Origin: Corallochytrium limacisporum Hawaii
Lineage: Eukaryota > Protista > Pluriformea
NCBI GenBank assembly: GCA_002811645.1
Contig: PDIP01000086.1
Location: 71,221 to 135,220, forward strand
Direction of reading: 5' to 3'
Length of the DNA: 64,000 bases
Positions 57,275-64,000 of this stretch are shown piece after piece (within the stretch, counting starts at the first letter, position 1; every line of letters starts with the position of its first letter). The notes under the pieces were generated by a model. It worked only from the letters and a program-made list of their open reading frames with translations, searched no databases and had not been told where the DNA came from. The position numbers and the translations under genes were made by a program.

Positions 57275-57652
57275 ATGGCAACGCTGATCTATCACCTTGC
57301 CCCAAAGAAAGCGTACGAAGAGTCCACGGGGGACAAGTACTTCCCTGCCGGGTTTGAAAAGGAAGGATTCGTGCATGCCACTGCTAAAGCTGAACTACTG
57401 CTTGATGTGGCTAATTGGTTCTACAAGAATATGGAAGGCAACTTTATCACCCTCTCCATTGATGAAAGCAAGCTCACTTCCAAGTGCATCTACGAGGCAC
57501 CTGCTCCGGTCGCTGGGAGGGAGGCTTATACACCTGAGGATCAACCTGTGGAGAAGTTTCCTCACATTTACGGTGGGATTGATAAAGTTGCAGTGATCTC
57601 AGTCTACGAAGTCAAGCGCGCTGAAGACGGAACCTTCTTGTCTGTGTGCTGA
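57275..57652 (+). CDS. DUF952 domain protein
   Basis: LIYHL..EGFVHAT..VANWFY..YEA..FPHIYGGIDKVAV. Confidence 0.9.
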   Translation: MATLIYHLAPKKAYEESTGDKYFPAGFEKEGFVHATAKAELLLDVANWFYKNMEGNFITLSIDESKLTSKCIYEAPAPVAGREAYTPEDQPVEKFPHIYGGIDKVAVISVYEVKRAEDGTFLSVC

Positions 57653-59123
57653 ATCTAGTTTACAAGGCAAAGGCAGTATGGATAGTGCCGTCCGAAAGGG
57701 AGGAATATGTCATGGAGCTGAGTGTATAGTTAAACGGAATAAAACTCTTACAGCTAAAGAAAACATGAGCCTGTGCTAGGATACGATTCACATAGCAGAC
57801 ATCCATGCGATCTTGTCATAGTCGTTGCGCTGGTCAAACATCACAACCGGCCGCGGACCCGTGTCCCCTCCCGCAAACACCCCTTCCCCAAGCTCTGGGG
57901 TCCTGAAAGTGAACTTCCATGTCCGTATGTCACACACACACAATATCCGACTCCCCCCCCCCCCCCCGGCCCCGGGGGAGGGGCAATTCTTTTCCGAGAC
58001 GGAGATACGGTGGTAAAACTGATTCGTTTGCGGTGGTGTGCGGCACTCACAATCCTGTGGTCTCAAGCGGGCCCCGATCGTTACCACCAACGTTCCCGCG
58101 GGAGGGGCGAGGGGGGGGGAGAAAACCAGCAGGGAATGCAATCGAGATTGCCAGGTGGTCAATAGTTTGGCACTCCACTGCACAATAGTCCGCGAGAGCA
58201 ACTGTTCGTCTTGCGGGCCTAAAGTCATCGCCGCGAAAAGCCCCTATATGGTCCGCTAAAAGCACAAAAGTCTTTGGATCTGTTTCATCTTTGTTTCATG
58301 ATATGGAATGAAGAAGATGATACGGATAGGAGGAGTAAGCACTTCTACACTCGAGATCACACAAAGACGGGCGTCGATTTCTGCAGGGTCTCCGGTGATG
58401 TTTCTTGTGCGCGCAAGCGGTCATTACCGCCTATGAAAAAGGCCTGGGATCGTATCGCACTGTGAGGGCAGGCTGTTGTCTACAACATCTGCCATTGGGT
58501 CTCAACGCCAGCGAGATTTTTCAATAAAACATGACTTCCCCGAAACTGCTGCTGACAACAGGGATTCCCCACCCTTCCCAAGCGGGTCCGTACTGGATTA
58601 GGAGTTGCGTTTGGCGGCGGTTGTGACTCTACCAACCGTTAAAATTGCCCCGACCCAACCCTCACCAATTTTGTCTTTTCATTCTTTGCCCGGGGCGGAG
58701 TCCCCATAAGGGGGGACGCAGCCGGGGAAAGAACCGCTTTAGAAGCAAAAGTCAAAGGCTTTCCGCGTTAACGGGTAGAAGACGGGGTGGGGGGGGGGAA
58801 ATGGAGGGTGTTGTAACAGCGTATCACCCACTTGGCACACACTGCCTACTTGAATCAGGAGGTGGCAGTGGTGGGTAGGAACAAAAAAAAAGACAGCTGT
58901 TGGTGACCACGCTCAGAGGGTCCTTTTGGGGGGAGGGACACATCGGACCCTAGCAAACGGCTTGGATACGGGCTATATAATAGGATCCACACTGTACTAC
59001 ACGTAGCGGACGAGGTGACCTGAGTCACAGAATCATACGGAATTCCATATGACAGCATAAGAAGACGTTTGAAATGACATAACAGTGAACACGGGGCCGC
59101 TGCTGGGTTATGCTTCCCCTCGA

Positions 59124-60059
59124 ATGGGACCCCAAGAGATCAAAATTAAACTCGGGCGCAAGCATCATAAAGGGCTCTCTGGCACAGTAGATTCAACCTG
59201 GATTTTCTATAAAATACTCGGTATCGCATGTTTTGCTTGTATAGCTGTACTCTATGTCCGGGATCAGATCTTTGCTTCGTGCACAGCACCAGATGCGGGA
59301 CCAACGGTTGGCCCACCATGCTCGTCTTATGCGATTGGTAGCAAACAGGACGATGTTGCCCTCGCTGCAGGGCGGACCCATGATCTGCGCCTTTCATACA
59401 GTTTGGACCGAGTTGATACCACGCGCAAACCTTTTGAAGATTCAATAGCGGTCAAGGCCCATGGAAACCTAGACTTGAACGACGCTGATCGCAGTCTATT
59501 GGGTAAGTACTATTCCCATATAGACTCCCTGCTGGAGTGGGGTGTTGGAGAGTCCACGGAAATTGCAGCCTATTACGGGGTACCCCGGTACACAGGAGTT
59601 GACGCCTCTGAAACGTGGCTGTCCCACTTTCGCTCCATAACACCGAGTCATTTTACTTTCGTTTGGACTGACATTGGGCCGATAAAATCCTGGGGCTATC
59701 CGATTGACCTTGAAGCTACTCCAAAGTTTCCACGCTACTCATTGGGTCCCTTGGCTATGGAGAGCGACTCTTTTGAAGTCTACTTTGTCAATGGTCGCTT
59801 CCGAGTAGCATGCACACTAGCATCTTTCTTGCATGCATCACTTCATGGTAAATCTGAAGATGAATACCACGTTATTGTGCACGATTTCCGGGACCGTAGG
59901 AGTCAATATGGCGTATTGTTAGAGGTCGCGGATCGCGTGGAGGGTTGTTGTGGTGAGGATGCTCACAATGAAAAGATGATTGTATTGCGGAAGAAAAAAC
60001 ATGTCACAGACGCTACCATCCGAAAACTATGGGAGCAGTACAAAGCAATACCAAAATAG
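59124..60059 (+). CDS. Type II membrane class I SAM-dependent methyltransferase-like protein (possible glycan methyltransferase)
   Basis: Short basic N-terminus and one TM, then LEWGVGEST, GVDASETW, DIGPIKSWGYP, YFVNGRFRVAC and IVHDF. Confidence 0.7.
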   Translation: MGPQEIKIKLGRKHHKGLSGTVDSTWIFYKILGIACFACIAVLYVRDQIFASCTAPDAGPTVGPPCSSYAIGSKQDDVALAAGRTHDLRLSYSLDRVDTTRKPFEDSIAVKAHGNLDLNDADRSLLGKYYSHIDSLLEWGVGESTEIAAYYGVPRYTGVDASETWLSHFRSITPSHFTFVWTDIGPIKSWGYPIDLEATPKFPRYSLGPLAMESDSFEVYFVNGRFRVACTLASFLHASLHGKSEDEYHVIVHDFRDRRSQYGVLLEVADRVEGCCGEDAHNEKMIVLRKKKHVTDATIRKLWEQYKAIPK

Positions 60060-60147
60060 TTTTCTAGCCGTTAACACTCTTGTAAGTTGGCAATGTCGCA
60101 TACTACTCGAACATTACCTCCACTGTAATACACTAACTGTAGAGTGA

Positions 60148-60636
60148 TCATGAATATGAATCCCGGACAATGTGATAACTAAGGTCTAACGTACAATCCC
60201 ATGCATTTTCCAGGGTATTGCACAGTGTGCTATAAGAGGCCGACATCTTCTTGCGAGCCTTTGCAGCGATGAGTGGGGGTTGCATGAAGATATCCTCCTG
60301 ATAGACGTATACGTCCTGCAGATCATACAGAATACCATCACCACTAGGCGATACCAAAATTGCAACTTCCATCACTACTGCAAGGGCATCATCAGGAACA
60401 GTGATATGTCCAAAGGATTTAAAACATGCTGGATCTACTGTGTAAGACGTCCCGGTCTTCCTGCGGCCTTCTGAATCTATGTAGCCCCATGTGATCTCCG
60501 GATACGTTGGTTCGTTTGACTTAACAATTGTAGCCATATTCCAACTAGCAATGCTGTATGTGGTATCTGCCATCACTTCGTATGCTGCGAGTGCTCCGAG
60601 CAGAAGCAGGGCAACGATTAAACTTGGACGTTTCAT
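60148..60636 (-). CDS. Uncharacterised secreted protein
   Basis: Classical signal peptide MKRPSLIVALLLLGALAAYEVMA. 162 aa. Confidence 0.7.
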   Translation of the reverse strand: MKRPSLIVALLLLGALAAYEVMADTTYSIASWNMATIVKSNEPTYPEITWGYIDSEGRRKTGTSYTVDPACFKSFGHITVPDDALAVVMEVAILVSPSGDGILYDLQDVYVYQEDIFMQPPLIAAKARKKMSASYSTLCNTLENAWDCTLDLSYHIVRDSYS

Positions 60637-61788
60637 AGTCCATTTCGAAGTGGAACAACTTTACTGGCAAGGATCGGTTGGTAGCCCAATGACAAGATTG
60701 TCTGGTAATGTTTGACATCACCTCCTAATACCTCAAACTAAGGCCATCCTCAGTCTGCGTGTCAAAGAAAACGGGTTATCCTCTGGAGTATGCATACTTC
60801 AAGCCTGCGCATGCCTTAGGGGGAATCTGATCATGACTATACTGACAGTTACGCCCCGAAACTATTTTCTGCCACCCCTTACCTCTCCCCCCTTGGGGAG
60901 GGCCACCCCCTGCACACCCCCCCTGGGTGAAACTTACGTGGTGGCGGTGGTCTGAGTGAGTGATCTATGGGACAATAAGTATGGGTTCGACCAGTCCTTG
61001 TCTGTCAGCTAGGCAATTGATCACTAAAAATTACGTGTGACCAAAACAAAAGCGAATGATCGACTGCAATCGTTTCTTGGAGGGCTAGCCACCAGCCAGC
61101 CCACAGTGGCTTTTTCGACCCGGTTATTTATGGGGGACCCGCTTCACCCGCACCAGTACTTCAATGGAAATCGAAAAAAAAAATCGTTCGTGTCGCAAAG
61201 CCGCGTGGGTTTCGAATGCATTCTCATGTACAACTGCCGACACGTCTCCCACCTATACGGGCGGAATACAATGGGATACGGAAGTGGGAACCCGTCCCCG
61301 TAATGGAACAAAGGAGGTGGGCGGAGAATACGGTGGGCTTCTGTTGAACAGACGAGGTTTCAACATTCCGGGCCAGAGTCAGAGATAAGCACCTTTAGTA
61401 CGAACTGACAAATGGAGAAAAGACTCGCCTTATTAAATGACGACTCGGCGTCTATCTGTGCGGCAGATAACCCGACCGCCGTCTGCCACCAAATTCTCGT
61501 CAAAATTTTCTTTGCTGGGGCAGGGAGATTTTCTTCACTGACACGTTGCTGTTGCGACCGTACCGGTTCGGATGGGTCCCAGTGGTTTCACTAGGAGTAG
61601 TGGATCGCAGCCACAGCCGCATCATCCCTTCTTGACTTGTGAAACTCGGTGAACGCAAAAAGGCACGCTCCCCACCCCCTCCGGAGGGAAATGGGGTCGG
61701 GGGAGTTCCTTCGGCTGGTGTTCCGAAGACATACTATGGTCCGGCTGCCTCTTCCTGCTCCGGTCTCTTTCTGGTGGACCGAGAGGGG

Positions 61789-62196
61789 GATGTAAGAGAG
61801 AGAGAGAGCGAAGAGAGGGATGAAAGAGAGAGACAGAGCGAAGAGAGGGATGTAAGAGAGAGACAGAGCGAAGAGAGGGATGTAAGAGCGAGACAGAGCG
61901 AAGAGAGGGATGTAAGAGCGAGACAGAGCGAAGAGAGGGATGTAAGAGCGAGACAGAGCGAAGAGAGGGATGTAAGAGCGAGACAGAGCGAAGAGAGGGA
62001 TGTAAGAGCGAGACAGAGCGAAGAGAGGGATGTAAGAGCGAGACAGAGCGAAGAGAGGGATGTAAGAGCGAGACAGAGCGAAGAGAGGGATGTAAGAGCG
62101 AGACAGAGCGAAGAGAGGGATGTAAGAGCGAGACAGAGCGAAGAGAGGGATGTAAGAGCGAGACAGAGCGAAGAGAGGGATGTAAGAGAGAGAGAG
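61789..62196 (+). repeat. 30-bp minisatellite GATGTAAGAGCGAGACAGAGCGAAGAGAGG, 13 copies plus a partial copy
   Basis: Period of 30 directly visible. The first three copies are variant and the next ten are identical. Confidence 0.97.
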
Positions 62197-62402
62197 GCCT
62201 TGAGGGTCCGACGGTACAATGCGCAGATGGCCGGGGGAGGTCGAACCAATTTCGGAGAAACCTTGCAATGGTATTGAATGGGCTATGGTCTAGCGCATTG
62301 AAGTATTAGGGTGTGGTTTTGGAAATCCCGGTTATGGTCGAATGTGGGTGACATGCCCGAATATGGGTGACATGAGGTAAAACTAGTCGTGCAAACAGCA
62401 CA

Positions 62403-63968
62403 ATGCAATCACCGTCGAATGACAAGGAGCATTGGTACACAACCCTGTCTGCGTCGGCTCTGACAAGACGGCATGTGGCACTGCTGACAGCCTCATTTGC
62501 TGGTTTACTAATATTCGTCCTCTTGTTCTTGACCTCATTTTACAATGAACCTAAGATCTGGTGTGGACTGGGACAATGCGAATTGGGAAACCCTTTATAT
62601 TTGAGTTGTGAATCGCCACGGTCAAGGTTACCCAAGGAGCCTTGGAACCTAGACGAGAACCCATTTGATACACTGGCTTTTCCACCGTCACTACTTGAAA
62701 ATTTACAATCTGAAAAACTGGCCAATGATGCCGCTCTTTTTATGTCAGAGCAGGTACTTGTGAGGACATTGGTCGATCAGGAGAGCACAAGGCGGCCACG
62801 GGTATTGATTGTGGGACAACGCGTCAGAAACATTGACCAATTCCAGCCAGACCTCCTGGCCAAGTGGCAAGGTGCTGGCCAGGCAGGTTGGGCTAATTTT
62901 CTGTACCTGGCGCAGCTCGGGTTCGATACATACTACTACGTGGACGAGCCAATGGAGTATCCTAGGAAAACAATCGAACAATTCCCAGATGGCAAAATAT
63001 TTCAAGACACTCGAGAGAACATGGAGAAGCGTATTGCAGCACACGAATGGGACTTCATTGTGCTCCAGGCACTTAACCTCCATAGTGCACTGGAGCATGC
63101 TCCCTTTGTGGCAAGGGGTGAAAATAATGTAGTCCTTGTTGATTTATGTGCTTCCGCCAATGCCTCCCCGAATAATGAGAGGATGCGGGACTTCGTTACC
63201 CGGAACAAAATCGTTGCGATTGGTTTGCATAATTACCAGGCGAAATTGGAGTTCGATGAGAACTTCAATGGATATATGGTACCTACTTATGTCAATCAAT
63301 TTGGGATACTGCTTGAACAGAACATGTTCCAACAGGAGCCAACACCAGAATACGAAGGAGCCATTGTGTTCATGGGAGAAATCCGCGCTCCTGAACCGTT
63401 TTTGGACGTCTTCCACCAGCTGGGACGTGATTTTCCTGATCGAGACGTCCTGGTTATTTCTGGTGTCCGTGGTCCCGTCCCTGGCGAAACCAAGAGTCGT
63501 ATCGGTACCACCGAGGAATGGTTCTGCCGCAAAGAAGGCTGTCCCAAGAATCTGAAGCTGCTGCACGTACCCCGGGGCGATGAACGGGCCAAACAAATTC
63601 TCAATTCCGCCGCGGTTGCCATTGATTTTAGCTGGCACCCTGATTGGTACCACGATAACAGCAAGTTACAGTCCTACATCGGCCACGGTCTCCCTGTGGT
63701 AACCAATCGGCCAGCGCAGACCTACCGTTGGCTAGCACTCACGGGACATGGCGAAGTTTTGGGTAATTGGGATTTTTATAAGCCTGAAGCCTGGTCCCAA
63801 GCAGTTCAAAGAGTTCTCGACCGTGACCTAGCCAAACACAGATTCCGCGTTCGTTCACTCATGTCGTATATTTATGGATGGCAGCGCCACGTATATGAGA
63901 TCTTCCAAGTGCTGCATGGATACATGGAGCTTCATCCCCGACAATTCCTGTGTAAAGAAGAAGTATAA
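62403..63968 (+). CDS. Type II membrane GT-B fold glycosyltransferase (GT4-like)
   Basis: N-terminal TM anchor, RVLIVG, AIVFMGEI, and the donor-binding-like segment ILNSAAVAI..NSKLQSYIGHGLPVVTN..YGWQ. Confidence 0.7.
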   Translation: MQSPSNDKEHWYTTLSASALTRRHVALLTASFAGLLIFVLLFLTSFYNEPKIWCGLGQCELGNPLYLSCESPRSRLPKEPWNLDENPFDTLAFPPSLLENLQSEKLANDAALFMSEQVLVRTLVDQESTRRPRVLIVGQRVRNIDQFQPDLLAKWQGAGQAGWANFLYLAQLGFDTYYYVDEPMEYPRKTIEQFPDGKIFQDTRENMEKRIAAHEWDFIVLQALNLHSALEHAPFVARGENNVVLVDLCASANASPNNERMRDFVTRNKIVAIGLHNYQAKLEFDENFNGYMVPTYVNQFGILLEQNMFQQEPTPEYEGAIVFMGEIRAPEPFLDVFHQLGRDFPDRDVLVISGVRGPVPGETKSRIGTTEEWFCRKEGCPKNLKLLHVPRGDERAKQILNSAAVAIDFSWHPDWYHDNSKLQSYIGHGLPVVTNRPAQTYRWLALTGHGEVLGNWDFYKPEAWSQAVQRVLDRDLAKHRFRVRSLMSYIYGWQRHVYEIFQVLHGYMELHPRQFLCKEEV

Positions 63969-63986
63969 ATCAATCATTAGAAACCT

Positions 63987-64000
63987 TTGGTTAGGGTTAG
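63987..64000 (+). repeat. Possible start of a (TTAGGG)n telomeric tract
   Basis: Window ends TTGG-TTAGGG-TTAG in the correct orientation for a right chromosome end. Fewer than two full units are visible. Confidence 0.4.

Noticed and set aside
60540-60570. SIASWNM in the secreted protein, resembling the first strand of EEP nucleases/phosphatases
   Set aside because: The protein is too short and lacks the QE, GDFN and SDH motifs.
61591-62277. 171-225 aa repetitive ORFs and a CRISPR-like appearance
   Set aside because: These are by-products of the 30-bp minisatellite. There are no unique spacers and no cas genes.
1-64000. Transposons, rRNA, snRNA
   Set aside because: No transposase, RT or integrase motifs, terminal repeats or recognisable RNA-gene signatures were seen by eye. 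An Rfam or RepeatModeler scan would be needed to exclude them.

Overview
Eukaryotic nuclear DNA of roughly balanced GC content, standard genetic code, with no evident introns: every intact gene is a single ORF. Positions 1-29 kb are very gene-dense (convergent stops 50-160 bp apart). Positions 29-62 kb contain long low-complexity intergenic regions (poly-C/G, GA and GAGT repeats, two N gaps), and the window ends in TTAGGGTTAG, possibly a telomere. Intact genes include EME1-like, a sulfonylurea-receptor-like ABCC transporter, an LRRC58/28-type LRR protein, SDHAF3, an AZUL-HECT E3 ligase, TMEM143, an ASPP-type RVxF-ankyrin-SH3 protein, EFM7/NNT1, PEX22, GDE1 (SPX-ANK-GDPD), a Gti1/Pac2 (WOPR) transcription factor, DUF952, a membrane-anchored methyltransferase-like protein and a GT-B glycosyltransferase. 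The mix of animal-type and fungal-type genes in an intronless genome suggests an early-branching unicellular opisthokont or holozoan (Corallochytrium-like; inference only). The main finding is three separate ciliary/flagellar genes (CFAP61, LRRC51, CCDC40) present as multiply disrupted pseudogenes between intact housekeeping genes, which reads as flagellum loss caught in progress. Also notable is an unrecognised membrane protein built from two copies of a 4-TM, 4-Cys module and split by one frameshift. All family assignments come from motifs recalled from memory, not from database searches.
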